From contig NC_083243.1 of assembly GCF_032191835.1 (NCBI RefSeq), positions 175,522,001-175,586,000 of the forward strand: DNA of 64,000 nt. The letters are read 5' to 3'. This stretch comes from Heteronotia binoei. Its lineage: Eukaryota. Positions 49,101 to 61,073 of the stretch are shown here, piece after piece (the first letter of the stretch is position 1; each line of letters opens with the position of its first letter). The notes under the pieces are model-generated. The model was not told the DNA's origin. It did no database searches and saw nothing but the letters and a program-made list of their open reading frames with translations. Both the position numbers and the translations under genes were made by a program.

Positions 49101-52100
49101 CATACAGAAAGTTCCAGGTTCAGTCCCTGGCATCTCCAGTTTGAAAGGATCTGGTAGTAGGTGATGTAAAAAGCCCTGCCTGAGACCTTGGAGAGCCGGT
49201 GCTAATCAGAATAGACAATACTGATCTCGAAAGACAAATAGTCCCACCCAGTATAAGGCAGTGTGTTCATGTGGTTTGTTTGCTCTGCACTGGTGTTTTT
49301 GTAGTGAGTAACAGGAATTGATTATAGTATAGTATAAACCATAGCAGCCTTTGTTCTGGAAAGCTCAAAGCTGCCCTTGTGCACTGGGAGTGTGCATGCA
49401 GATAAATCTGGATGCTTTATTGCTACAGCAGTACTTCTTACACTTTTTCTTTTTAAATTTATTGTACCTTCTGCATTGTTCTGTTGACCCCAGCATCAGC
49501 AATCTAACCCACAGGAAAATGCATAGAGATCCTTGCTTGCAGTTGTGTGCATGGTCTGCTCCTGTATGCAAAGATCTGTTAGCTAGGGAACTAATCCAGC
49601 ACTGGTATTAAGAAGGAAAATACAAATACATTATTAGAACAGGCAGCTGCCACTCCCACAAATTTAAGGTGAATCAATGAAGATTTTCTACTTTTAACCC
49701 ACCCATATCTTGGCTAGTGAGGAGAACAAGAGTTTGTCTGCCTCAGTATCTGGTTCTTTCCGGGAACTTTGTGACCTCTGCCCAGGTATTCTGTATTCCT
49801 AAGGAGGGCTTGCCCAGCAATTTAAGGAACACTGTGTAATTGGAGAGTGGTGAAATTTCTGCAGAGGGTTCCTTCTTTTGCTGGTCCGATCATATTAAGA
49901 TCCGCAGAAGAGAAATCTACACCTTCAAGCTTCTCTGCTCATTACAACTTTATTTAACTGAATTTTTGAGAAATGAATGCTCGTTAGGTTAGGTTTTCCT
50001 CTACCTTTAGGATTTGCTTCCTTCCTAGTGGAGAAGCTTCCTTGGGAGCAGAGGAAGATGCTGCGATGGAAGATGAGCACTGTGACTCCAAACATTGTGA
50101 AGCAAACCATTGGCAGGTCTCACTTCAAAGTCAGCAGGAGTGAGTTGTCTTCAGGGTGGGAATGGTTTTTGGGCACATCTACCTTTCTGTCTCCCTTACA
50201 TACATCCGTGTTTACCAAAGCCCACAGCTTTGCTTTGGAATGGTGCTGAATGCTCAGAAAATTTGCTGTCTCGCTTGGATTACCTGAGTCACAAACACGG
50301 TGGTTTCGATAAGAATTGGTTGCCTTGGTGTGCCTCTCTTGCATGGATGAATCAGTCTGATGCTGCAGATTAGGAATCCGCTGTTATGAATGTTGTTTTT
50401 CCACTGCTTCCCTTCAAGTTTTGGGCAAGCCTTCTGGTTCTTCCGCCTTGATATGTCCCCACGGGCAGCAATCTGGATGTTTTTTGCCACAAGCTGCCAT
50501 TTTCTGCAAGACCTCACTAGTTGCCCTATGCTCTGTTCTTAGAGAAACTGGGGGAAATGGTATAGGGGAACTCCATTCTCTTATATGCAAAAAAATGCGA
50601 ATGACTTTGGCAGAGTTTGCTATACACACGATGGCCAGTTGTGGACTATATGTTACTACAGGGAGCTGTAGCTGCTCTTTCCTGTAGATCCTTTGAGAAA
50701 TACACTCTCTCTTCATTCACCACTATTTCAAGTAGGATGAGAGTTAGATATCAAAAGGAATGGTGACTTATAATTTGGCATCAACTTTCGATCCACCCTG
50801 AACTAACAGGGCTTGCCTTCAGCATATAGCTTGTGACATCGGTGTACAGAAAGAGCAGACGGAATGCCATTGAAAAGAAGTGGGTTATACCTGCATACAG
50901 TTCTTCATAGCATTTTTATTGGCGTTTATTTGTACGGCAGTTTTGATGGAGAAAGAAGCATGATTAGGGATAGGAGCGCATTGTACGTTCATATTTTTCC
51001 CCAAATTAAAGGTCTTAGGCGACTGAGACTTTCCAGTTCTAGAGCACAGAGCAAAAAATGTTCCCGACGCATTGTCCAGATAATACTAAATATGATTTCT
51101 GAACCGCCGCGTTGCCCACAGGAAACAATGACTGGCTGGGTTGCTGGGGCCATCACATGAAGTCTCCTGGATTCAGAATTGTCAAGGAGCACCAGAAGGT
51201 AGGAGAATGGGATCATACTGTACAAAAGCATATCGAAGAACATCATGCAAGATGGGGGGGGGGGGCAGAAGGCAAGATACACTCAGCTCTTGTCTTCTCT
51301 TCAGTTCCCTCCCCCCAATTCTTCCACTGCATGCAACTAATAACTTTTGTGTTCTCTGCTTTAGTATCCCCTCCTCTCATCCCTTCACAGTCTGCTGTGA
51401 GTGGCAGTGTTTCTTAAGGTATTCTAGGTGTACAAGACACAGTATGCAGGTGCCTTGGCACTTGCAAGCTTATGCTATGTGAGCTACCTGTGGGAGTACC
51501 AAACAAGGGTTTTAGGATTAGTGTGGGTGATATATTGAATTTGGAGGAAAGGATGTTCTCTAGTTGAACATATGAAGCTGCCTTATACTGAATCAGACCC
51601 TCGGTCCATCAAAGTCAGTATTGTCTACTCAGACTGGCAGCGGCTCTCCAGGGTCTCAGGCTAAGGTTTTTCACACCTATTTGCCTGGACCCTTTTAGTT
51701 GGAGATGCCGGGGATTGAACCTGGGACCTTCTGCTTAGCAAGCAGATGCTCTACCACTGAGCCACCGTCCCTCCGCTGGTACTGAAAGTAGAAAGCTAGG
51801 ATATAAAGGAGACATTATTGCTGAATTCTCATTCCCTATCTGCAGCTGAACCACTTTCCTGGCTCGTTTCAAATCGGGCGGAAGGACCGGCTGTGGAGAA
51901 ATGTGTCCAAATTGCAGACGCGCTTCGGAAAGAAGGAGTTCAACTTCCTGCCACAATCCTTTATCCTCCCTCAAGATATCAAACTGCTCAGGAAGGCTTG
52001 GGAAGATTGTGGAAGCCGCCAGAAGTGGATTGTGAAGCCGGTGAGGTTGGAGAGGAGATGTGGATGTACACTCGCTCCTTAGGAGTTCTTGCCTTGGTAC

Positions 52101-55100
52101 AGCCATGTCGTTTCCTGCTGTTCCCAGCAGTACAAACTTCTGGTGCCCTCTAGTAATTGTGGGAGCTCCCCTTCTGTAGACATATAATTTCCACTAGACA
52201 GAGCTGGCACGTCCATTAGGCAGCATGAGGTGGCTGTCTGAAGCGCGGCTCTGGGGGGAGGGTGCCAGTTTGGGCACTCCTGCCCACCTTTGCTTCCTCA
52301 GCGAGGGAAATAGCGAGCTTGGCGGTTACCACAGGGCTTCCAGCCTCAGCAGGCGTACATGCTGCTCACTCACGGTTGCTCTGTCCCTCTCATCTGTGCT
52401 TCCAAGCATAGACGCCACCAAGCTCGCCTTCACTGAGGAAGTGAGGGGTGACTGGGGCACCTGGCCTGGGGTGCTAGTCTTGCACTGGCTCCCCAGTGCT
52501 GGTGCTGCCACTAGAGTACTCTGGTTACCGCTTAACTTTGCCATAACTGAACTCAACTAAGCCACTGATTGTCTTCTTCCTACAGGTGGGGATTTTTTTC
52601 AGTTTGAAAAAGTCAGTAATGTGCTCTTTCCTTTCCGTTATTTGTAGTTTTAGTACCTTTATGTTCCACAAGCAGGAGAGGAAGAACAGTGAGAAGGTGG
52701 ACTATAAATTATGATGATGCTTATAATAATTTGGAAAGGGCGGTGTAATCAGCACTCCCTCTAAGCTGTGGAGTCTTGTGGGCAAAAATTCTGCTTCGTG
52801 AGCAACTGGCATTAAAGTTGTGTACTACTGCATAAAGTAGTTTGCTCTGGGGCTATTTTTCCTGAACTAACACAAAAATTGTGTGAGTTGGGGGCTAAAA
52901 AACTGAGTTAGCTACACTAACTCAGCTTAGAGAGAACACTGGTTGCAGTAACCCTTCCTGAGTTGTCACGGTTCTTTGTGGAATATAGATTCGTATTCCT
53001 TTAGGGTTAAGTGGACATTATGCCGGGTGATTTGGAGGGCTGATCCTTCTGGCATTTTTAAAATGCTAATAGAAGTTGGACTCTGATGTGTTTTGGATCA
53101 GGGATATACAGGGATGGGGAGAGAGGGGTTTAATTCCCTTCCTTGCTGCTGTTTCATCAGTCAAAACTGTAATGGGGAGAGGGAGCAGCTGAAGAGTAGG
53201 GAGCTGTGAAGGATGAAGTAAGCTAACCTTCAGCACTGAAAGCCCGCCAGTGTTTCTCTGGCTTCTGAACTTTTCATTGTGCTGTTGTCAGGTTTTTCTG
53301 GTATTTTATCATTGTTATTGTTTTTAACTACAAAAAGAAGCATAAGCATAGATACATAGAAGGGGGGAAGGGCATATACAGAATGGGAAAAGCAGGGGAA
53401 AAAAGAAAAGTGCAAATATATCTGTTATAATTCCAATTCGTTCTACCTGCGAGTATAGAGTTCTCCATATATTTTACCATCTTTATCTTTCATTATAAAA
53501 CATTTTTACTAAACTATTATTTGCAATACAAGTCTAAACAATTCTTCTTCAACACAAATAAGCATAAACCAGTCAGAGCAATCTCAACATTGAACTGGCT
53601 GGTTTGGCTTAACCATGTTGAAAACACAGACTAGTTTGTTAGTTTAACAATATCCTCATTAACATAAACACAAAAAATTCATATCTTTATCCTTAAGAAG
53701 CTAAAAGAAAAATCCAACAAAGTATTTTGTCTATCTCGATATAAACAGTTTCTCCTGGGAGGCATACTAAAAACAAATCTGCCAGTTTACATAATAACTG
53801 TGCTGTCTGCCTTTTTAACAATTAATCCAACTCTTATCTTATTGGTCTAGAAAAAACAACTTATTGCAACCCAAAATTAAAAATCACTTGCCTGTTCTTA
53901 TTGAGAGTTCCATACCCAACTACCCACAAAGATAAAGACATTTCAAGAAACCCTTCTTGCTAAAAAGATATCTATCTCCTGATTTATAACGAATATGTAC
54001 TTTCTCTTTCCTTAATACAGTCTGAGAACAATATCTTTATCCTTAACAGGCTAGAAATAGAGCACAATAATTTATCTATCTTATTATAGACAATTTCTTC
54101 AAACAAACATACTAGAAGGAGATCTACTATAATACACAATAATTATGATGTCTACCTTCTTAACAATTATAGATTAACTTGTAGGATTACCCATATCGAT
54201 AACAAACATAAAAAGCTAATGTTATTATCTGTTAAAGACAAGTTCACCAATTTATCAAATGATTATGCTGTCTGCCTTCTTAAAAATTGATCTAGATTAA
54301 CTATTTTTACATAAAATTCTTTTCAAAGACTTTTTAGTCCTTTAGCTTTTATATCCATATTATTTTAGACAAAACTTACTATAGTCCAAAAAAAAGAAAA
54401 GAAAAAAGAATCTCACTTAGCTTTCTAATATCACATATCAGATTTTCTTACAAAGTCCATATCCAACTATCCACAGAGAAGGATCTAGTTCAAGAGGCTC
54501 TTCTTTCTGAAAGATTTCCACATCATGATTTTCTGGTTAAAATGCACCTTCTTACTTCTTAATGCAGTCAACCCTCTCGAAGAAAGTAGGAAAAATTCCA
54601 CAACCTTTGTTCCTCTTGACATAACTTCAGTCTCCATCTCCGGTCTTTTTTTTTTAATTACGCCATAGGGTTCCATTTTGATTTTCTTTTGTTCTTTTCC
54701 CAACGAGTTGCTCTCCCATTTCAATTCCACAGACATCACTGGATTCTCTTTAGTACTCTGCTCATGTAGATTTGAGATTTTGCTAGCTTTCAGCACAAAA
54801 GCTCCCATTTGTTTCTTAACCAATTCTGTCAATAAACCAAGATCTTGCCTCAGAGAATTCAAACTGCTTAAAATATCTTTTTTGTGAAAACTTTTGCCTA
54901 GCAAAGCCATTTGTCAGCAAACTCAGTCCATTAATCCAGGTTGAAAAGTAGCTCAGAGTCCCAGATAGTCCGTCCTTCCCAAGCTCCTCCAACTGAAGTT
55001 TTGAGTGTTAGGATATGAATTTCAATCAGACGACAAGGAGAAATCCCTCTAAAAAGTATCTCATTTTGTTCAGACCGTATTGCAGCCGAATAGAAATCAC

Positions 55101-58100
55101 TTTAACAAATATCCAGTTATAATCTGGATCGATTTAAGTATCCGTATTCAGGTTAATTCAAATTGTTTCCAGTACTTAGAGATGTTCTTTAGCTTTTCGA
55201 GGCCTCATTCACAGGGAAATTGGAGGTATGAACCTCTTTCCCTTCCTTTGAACTGCCCATTTATTGAAATGCAAAACGACCCATTAGCCATTGGCAATTG
55301 AAAGCCCACTTACTTGCAATGTAGAATTGTCATGCTTGAGGCAGAGAAGTGATAGATCAAAAGCTTATTGAAGAGAAGAGAAGCAAGCGATTGGGCGTTC
55401 ACCTCTTGCTGCTGTAATGGCGGTCACGACAGGGAGAGCTTCGGGGAATACAGAAAGACCAGGAACAACTGCCGTTGTGCCCCTGTCTTGCTGTAAAAGC
55501 CCCATGCCGAAAATAGACCCCTGCAGGGCCTCTTTGGGGGTGTCACATCCGTGGCACCCCTCCCACTGCCTGATTCAGGGGGGCCTCAAGCAGGAGAACC
55601 CAGGGACTCCGCTGAGATCAAGGTGATGTAGCCCGGAAGAGTCCCTATCATCAGGTTTTTCACCACAGCCATGAGGGCTGGATTTTAACCCCCCCCCAAA
55701 AAACGTAAGGATTCTTATCATTCACAGATGTCGAAGCTCTGCATTTGATAACCAGGCCTCGAATGTTCAAAGCTATTACAGCCTTCTACAACCATTGGCT
55801 ATGGATACTCTTCCTGCCTTCTGTGACTAGCATTGGTCCATTCATCCCTTGGTGTCCTTTGAACTCTATGATAAGAGCAAATCCATTTTTATATGCATCT
55901 GTCTCTCTTTTCTAGCCAGCATCAGCCAGGGGCATTGGTATCCAGGTCATCCATAAATGGAACCAGCTGCCAAAGCGCAGGCCACTGCTGGTGCAAAGGT
56001 GAGCAAAGTTTTCCAAAACTATGGTGTAAATTGGCCTTGCCTGAATTTCTGGATTTGTCAAGAAGCTACCTGGCCTCTGGAAATGCTGTCTTGTGGAACT
56101 AAAATTGCTCAAGAAATCTGGTTTCTTTTGCCTTTGCCTTGTGTTAAAGAGGAGGGCAATGGTGGAACTGCTGTTGTGTTAAAGTTTCTTCAGAAACATG
56201 GCTGACAATTTTCTGCAGCATGAAATGCTATGATGAAAAAGATGAACTTCAGCTATAGCCTCTAAACCCCTGCAGGACCAAAGCTGTCTCTGTAGTTGGG
56301 GAAAGGTTAAAGATAGTTTGATGCCTAACAGTTTTTCTTTCAGAGCTAAAGCTCATGGGCCTCTCCTCCTTTTTCAGATACTTGCATAAACCCTACCTCA
56401 TTGGTGGAAGTAAGTTTGACTTAAGGATATATGTTTACGTCACATGCTACGACCCATTGCGTATCTACTTGTTCAAAGATGGACTTGTCCGTTTTGCCAG
56501 CTGCAAGTAGGTTCCCCAGGAATTGTATGCCTATAACAGGGTGAATATTAGCAGCTTAGAGCAAGAGGATCAAATTGAGCATGGATCCTGTGCACTAGAG
56601 TGGCTAGAGATGTGTCTCAGATTGACAGAGAGTACATTTTGACTGCTATGTTTCTGCCTCTAGGAACAGCAACTGAATGACATTGAAATGTGTCCTTAAC
56701 TGAAGAACAGATAGTATTGGCACACCAATCTGTGCATCTCTTTGTTTAAGAAATGTGGAGGGGATGGGTTGGTCACTCAGTAGTAACATACACCTATTGC
56801 ATACAGAAGGTCCCAGGTTTGGTCCCTGGGATCTCCCAGTTCAAAGGTCTCAGGTAGCAGGTCTTGGGAAAATGCTTGTTCTGCCTGAGACCCTGGAGAG
56901 TTTTGCCCATGGATGCCCTGAAGAGTTGCTGGGCAGTTCTGAGCTTGAGTGCTCTGCTTGTCTAATTCTGCATAAGGCATCTTCAGAGGCTGAGCGGTCT
57001 GCTGTGTTTGTTCTGTTAACCAAATATGCACTGAGATGCTACAGCATTTTAGTACTATGTTGGTTAGAGGCCATAAGTTAATTAACTGACTTTTGCAAAT
57101 GACTTCTGTCAGAGCCACTCCAGATGTGTCGCCCATGACAGCATTGTATTAGACACTAGGAAGGAGGCTTGACTTTTTGTTGTGGAGGAGGAAGGCGCAC
57201 TCTAAGTTTTCTAGCTCTCGGGCAGCCAGCTTCTACTCCTCTTGTTATTTAGTTCAAATAAGTGAGTCCTTGTGAATGCTTTGTAGGACCATTTTCTTCT
57301 TGTTCCATCCCAGGTACTCCTCATCCATGAAAAGCCTCAACAACAAGTACATGCACTTGACCAACTACAGTATCAACAAGAAGAATGTTGAATACAAAGC
57401 CAATGGAGATGAAACTGCTTGCCAAGGGCACAAGTGGTAAGTGCCAGTAGTGCAGGAAGAGGATTCACTCTTATTCTGTCATGTATATTCTGCTCTACTT
57501 TAGCCAGTAGATGTTGTCTGTCCTGTAGCAATGATTGAATTGCAATAGCCTAGGAAGGAAAGGAAAGGTCCCCTGTGCAAGCACCAGTTGTTTCTAACTC
57601 TGGGGTGACGTTGCTTTCACAACGTTTTCACGGCAGTCTTTTTACAGGGTGGTTTGCCATTGCCTTCCCCAGTCATCTGCACTTTCCCCCCAGCAAGCTG
57701 GGTACTCATTTTACCCACCTCGGAAGGATGGAAGGCTGAGTCGACCTCGAGCTGGCTACCCGAAAACCCAGCTTCCACTGGGGATCGAACTCAGGTCGTG
57801 AGCAGAGCTTAGGACTGCAGTACTGCGGCTTTAACACTTTGCGCCACGGGGCTCTTTCAATAGCCTAGATACAGTCCCTCTTTTTCCCTAGTAAAGGGAC
57901 CAAGTCTTTCCTGAATGTGCAGAAAAGCAAGGGGCCGCAAGAATAGTTGATTCTGACTAAGATAACACTACGATGCAGGTCTACGGGTGCTCACATTTCC
58001 CTCTCTTTCGGTAGGGCACTGAAAGCACTCTGGAACTATTTGAACCAGAAAGGAATTGACAGTGAAGCCATCTGGGAGAAGATAAAAGACATCGTTGTCA

Positions 58101-60910
58101 AAACCATTATTGCGTGAGTCTAAGAAGATATTTCTTGTCTTCCATCCCCTCCCTCAGTAGCACTTAAAGCTACCTTTTGGATTTTTTCACTGGGCCCTCG
58201 TCTTCATGGGGCCTCCCAGTTTGCTGCAATTGTGCGTTGACTCCAGCTGACCTTCAAGGAAGTGCTTATCCTGGCTCGTCCCTGCTTTTTTTGGAATCAA
58301 ATTCTACTCTTGCGTTATTTCTTGAATCCTCTCTCACTCCTCGTTGGTCCAAAAATTACCTTGATTATTACCTCTTTCGGATCCATTCCGAAATGGGGGG
58401 CGGACATATGCAGCTGCGCCTCCCGCAAGTTAGTCCCGCCGCTTAGTAGTAACCAAGCATCGGTTTCGCTTCCTAGGTCAGAGCCCTACATCACCAACCT
58501 CGTGAAGTTGTATGTGCGGCGCCCTTACTGCTGCCATGAGCTGTTTGGGTTTGATGTCATGCTGGATGAGAATCTCAAACCATGGATCCTGGAAGTCAAT
58601 ATCTCACCTAGGTAGGCTGATTTATATCGGTTGTGTGCATCCTGATGGGTTAAAGATGTCCTTGTGCCCCAGGGTGGTTTCATGAAGGTAAACTTAGTCT
58701 GTTCTGTTGAAATCACTCTATTTCCGACTCTACTTCTTCATTTGGGGGAGGCAAGATTAGTATTTCACGAAGGATTATGGTTAGAATAGGGCCAGGAGGT
58801 ACTGTGTAGCTGTACTTAGGTTGCTGTGAAATTTGGGAATGGCTGAGCTCCCCATATTTTTGATACTGTTGCTTTAAGATCAGAATTCTTCCTGTGCTTT
58901 ATTCTGGAGAGATGTGAATTTATTTAACAGTTCCTACTGTCAAGTGCAGGACAATGACTGGGTATCCAGTGGAAGATTTTAAATAATGTGCTCAATTTCT
59001 CTGCAGCCTCCATTCAAACTCTCCCCTCGATGTCAGTATCAAGGGCCAAATGGTCCGGGATGTCCTAAACTTGGCTGGCTTTATATTGCCAAATGCGGAT
59101 GATGTGGCTTCGCTTTCTGGAAGTTCTACAACCAGTTCTACAACCAGGTCAGGAGCCGTAGATTGCGCTCTCTAGTAGCAAAAGCTATGCTGGAGACCTC
59201 CTCTTGTTCTGCCTTGTGGATACTGTGGCAGGCTACTGAAAGACTGAGTTGGAAAGAGGTACTTCGGGCTGAAAGATGAGAAATTGTTAATGTGCTACAG
59301 CACTTGACTGCAGCCGTACCTAAGCGTAACCCAAATATCTAACCGGAGTATCATTGTTACCCTATAGAGGTTGTTTGCAACTGGATTCTCCTGTGTGGAC
59401 ATGGCAATCCATTTGCAAGTTATTGCTATAGTGCAGTGATAATTCAGTCTCCAGTGATGTGTGGATGCAACCCAGTCTGCAGGTCTGTGGATATTCTGCT
59501 CTCACACTGTGGAGGTGCAAAAAGAGTGTATTGGGCACAGACTTCATCATCTCAAGAATCCCGTCTTTCTTAAAGGAAGCAAGTGGCCCCCATGATGGCA
59601 GCAAGTGTGTGCAATACGTTATAAAATAGAAAGCTGTGTGGTGATTAAATTGAGTAACTGAGTTTTGTTCTCCCAGTGGACTTCATGGCTGACTGGAATT
59701 TGAACCTAAGTGTTTTGAGTACAAATCCAACACTGTTTCCACAATACCAGGGAGCCAGGATGTTGTAATTGTTAAGAATGGTGAACTGTAATCTGGAGAA
59801 CTGAGTTCGATTCTGCCCTTCTCCACATGAAGCCAGATGGGTGACCTTGGGTCAGTCAGAGCTCTCAGAGCTCACTCAGCCCCAAAAAATTAAGTCTAAC
59901 TCACTACCTAAGAGTTAAAACTTAAGGCTGCAGACAATTTTTGGATATCTTGGCTATACGACACACAATGCCATGTGATTATTATTATTATTATCCACAC
60001 TACCATGTGGATAATCATTGTTTTTTGTGTTTTGGCAAAGAACTCTGTGGCAGGATAACAAATACCTTTATTGTAGAAAAAAACTCAAACCATGTTAGGT
60101 TTGTTCATGAAATACATCTATGCATTCGTTTCAAAATGAGCTTATATTAAGTTGCTCTGGTTTCAGTCCTTATTTCCTTGTAACTAAGGCCCAATTAATA
60201 CGACGGGACTTGCTTCTGTTTAAGCATGTATAGGATTGGACCACACTTGTTATGCAAATAAACAGTTTATAGCTTGGATACACTGAAGGGGTTTTATGAA
60301 CAGATCATTTTTTACTCATGGAGCATGCCTTTTTGCCTCCTTTTGTTGCCCAAATATCCCTCAAGATGCTGCTCCCTAAGGTGTTTCAGGCTGTAGCAGG
60401 AAAAGGACGGCTGCGTGGGCAGAAATTATGAAATGCTTTGGTGGATCCATGCTTGTCTTTCCTGTGCATTGGATACATATTATGGACGTTTATGGTCCAT
60501 CTTGAGCCCCTAACAGCTCCTTTTCACTCTGCTTGTCTTTGGGGTAATGAGAGTTGGTGCCTTACTTTTTAGCTGCTTCCCCTTAATTCTAGATCTAAAC
60601 TCTAAAGTAATTGACCGTTGTGAGCTGTGGAAGCTTTTTGAAGTTTTCTGGTGACTTAGCTATCAATAGCTGTAGCTTCAATGTGCTGTTGAATGCTGAG
60701 TACATCCTGCTGTATTGCCACTGATATTGTCTGTAGATGGCAGAATGGAGATACTGGCTTAGGTGTGTCACTGTCTGTGTGATAACTTTGATTATTGCTA
60801 TGCCCAGCTTGAATTCTTCCATGAAGGAAAAATCCAGGCCATCGCTCGAGTTATTCACTGCTGAGAAGACAAAGAAAGCTTATTATCTGACCCAGAAAGT
60901 GCCTGATCAG
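37424..60910 (+). CDS. TTLL4: Tubulin monoglutamylase/polyglutamylase TTLL4 (14 coding exons in window; 3' end beyond window)
   Basis: MASAG...[11 protein letters not shown]-terminus; TTL core [77 protein letters not shown]. Exons are phase-consistent and sum to 2895 nt. Confidence 0.96.
39058..39608. mobile_element. Non-autonomous hAT (Charlie-like) element with a long internal palindrome
   Basis: TIRs caggggtcccgaacc / ggttgggggccactg; perfect TSD ACCTAAGT. Confidence 0.85.
39641..39863 (-). mobile_element. tRNA-derived SINE (Squam2-like)
   Basis: Minus-strand head ggggagggacggtggctcagtggtagagc, tail aaggcagcttcatatgttca. Confidence 0.85.
40053..40116. repeat. (AT)n microsatellite, about 32 units
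   Basis: Direct read. Confidence 0.95.
40170..40399 (+). mobile_element. tRNA-derived SINE (Squam3-like), diverged
   Basis: ggtgaccttggatcagt...caggctaaactac core, ggaggagagaat...aaataaa tail. Confidence 0.7.
40607..40728 (+). CDS. TTLL4: TTLL4 coding exon 2 (acidic)
   Basis: ttttgcag| STLNLPLLD...[22 protein letters not shown]; probable GC donor. Confidence 0.8.
40822..44530 (-). mobile_element. CR1 LINE, about 3.7 kb, degenerate: ORF1 esterase C-terminus, ORF2 APE endonuclease and partial RT
   Basis: ORF1 [11 protein letters not shown]...IHVGTNDT (SGNH); ORF2 [55 protein letters not shown]; CR1 3' tail; frameshifts and deletions. Confidence 0.93.
45264..45395. mobile_element. Palindromic hAT MITE
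   Basis: gggtggccaac...gttggccacccctg; TSD tactatat / cactatat. Confidence 0.75.
45543..45969 (-). mobile_element. Probable solo LTR
   Basis: TG...CA termini (tgtgctgcc...gggcaaca on minus), TATAA at 45842-45846, AATAAA at 45606-45611, G-run on both flanks compatible with a 4-bp TSD. Confidence 0.55.
47802..47865 (+). CDS. TTLL4: TTLL4 coding exon 3
   Basis: [21 protein letters not shown], donor gtgagt. Confidence 0.88.
48205..48389. mobile_element. Palindromic hAT MITE
   Basis: TIR cagggctttttttgtagcaggaactc; TSD atagtagg / attgtagg. Confidence 0.8.
48495..48619 (+). CDS. TTLL4: TTLL4 coding exon 4
   Basis: [24 protein letters not shown]. Confidence 0.95.
49060..49270 (+). mobile_element. 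Squam2-like SINE, diverged
   Basis: ccaggttcagtccctggcatctccagt...gagaccttggagagcc...agtataaggcag. Confidence 0.7.
50029..50139 (+). CDS. TTLL4: TTLL4 coding exon 5
   Basis: [37 protein letters not shown]. Confidence 0.95.
51122..51198 (+). CDS. TTLL4: TTLL4 coding exon 6
   Basis: [25 protein letters not shown]. Confidence 0.95.
51565..51773 (-). mobile_element. Squam2-like SINE
   Basis: Near-identical to the 39641 copy. Confidence 0.85.
51846..52040 (+). CDS. TTLL4: TTLL4 coding exon 7
   Basis: [17 protein letters not shown]...QKWIVKP. Confidence 0.96.
52750..52941. mobile_element. hAT-type MITE, old
   Basis: TIRs cagcactccctctaagctg / cagcttagagagaacactg. Confidence 0.6.
53299..55650 (-). 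mobile_element. Probable non-autonomous L1-clade retroelement without ORF2 (HAL1-like)
   Basis: 11-bp direct repeat tcaggtttttc at 53288-53298 and 55651-55661; CpG-bearing 5' end gggactcttccgg; 141-aa Lys-rich ORF 54485-54910; pyrimidine-rich 3' UTR and A-rich tail; no RT motifs seen. Confidence 0.5.
55916..55998 (+). CDS. TTLL4: TTLL4 coding exon 8
   Basis: [28 protein letters not shown]. Confidence 0.96.
56378..56506 (+). CDS. TTLL4: TTLL4 coding exon 9
   Basis: [43 protein letters not shown]. Confidence 0.96.
56757..56930 (+). mobile_element. Squam2-like SINE, diverged
   Basis: gcagaaggtcccaggtt...cctgagaccctggagag. Confidence 0.6.
57314..57436 (+). CDS. TTLL4: TTLL4 coding exon 10
   Basis: [24 protein letters not shown]...CQGHKW. 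Confidence 0.96.
57554..57857 (-). mobile_element. Sauria SINE-like element
   Basis: Reverse match to the 17752 copy; TSD caatagcctag. Confidence 0.88.
58015..58113 (+). CDS. TTLL4: TTLL4 coding exon 11
   Basis: [33 protein letters not shown]. Confidence 0.96.
58477..58611 (+). CDS. TTLL4: TTLL4 coding exon 12
   Basis: SEPYITNLV...[24 protein letters not shown]. Confidence 0.96.
59007..59147 (+). CDS. TTLL4: TTLL4 coding exon 13
   Basis: [28 protein letters not shown]. Confidence 0.95.
59750..59885 (+). mobile_element. Squam3-like SINE fragment
   Basis: aatctggagaactgagttcgatt...gggtgaccttgggtcagtc. Confidence 0.55.
60808..60910 (+). CDS. TTLL4: TTLL4 coding exon 14
   Basis: LNSSMKEK...[13 protein letters not shown], donor gtaagc. 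Confidence 0.92.
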
Positions 60911-61073
60911 GTAAGCAGGATCATGCCTTCCCCAGACCTCATCATCTTGTTTCACTGATAGGTATAAAGGCCAGAGTTTCTTTGTTTTGTTTTGGTTTTT
61001 TGCATTATGACAATCCTTTGGCTGGAGGTTACTTGGCGCTCTGCCTTACTATAAAAGCACTTTCTGCCAGAAT

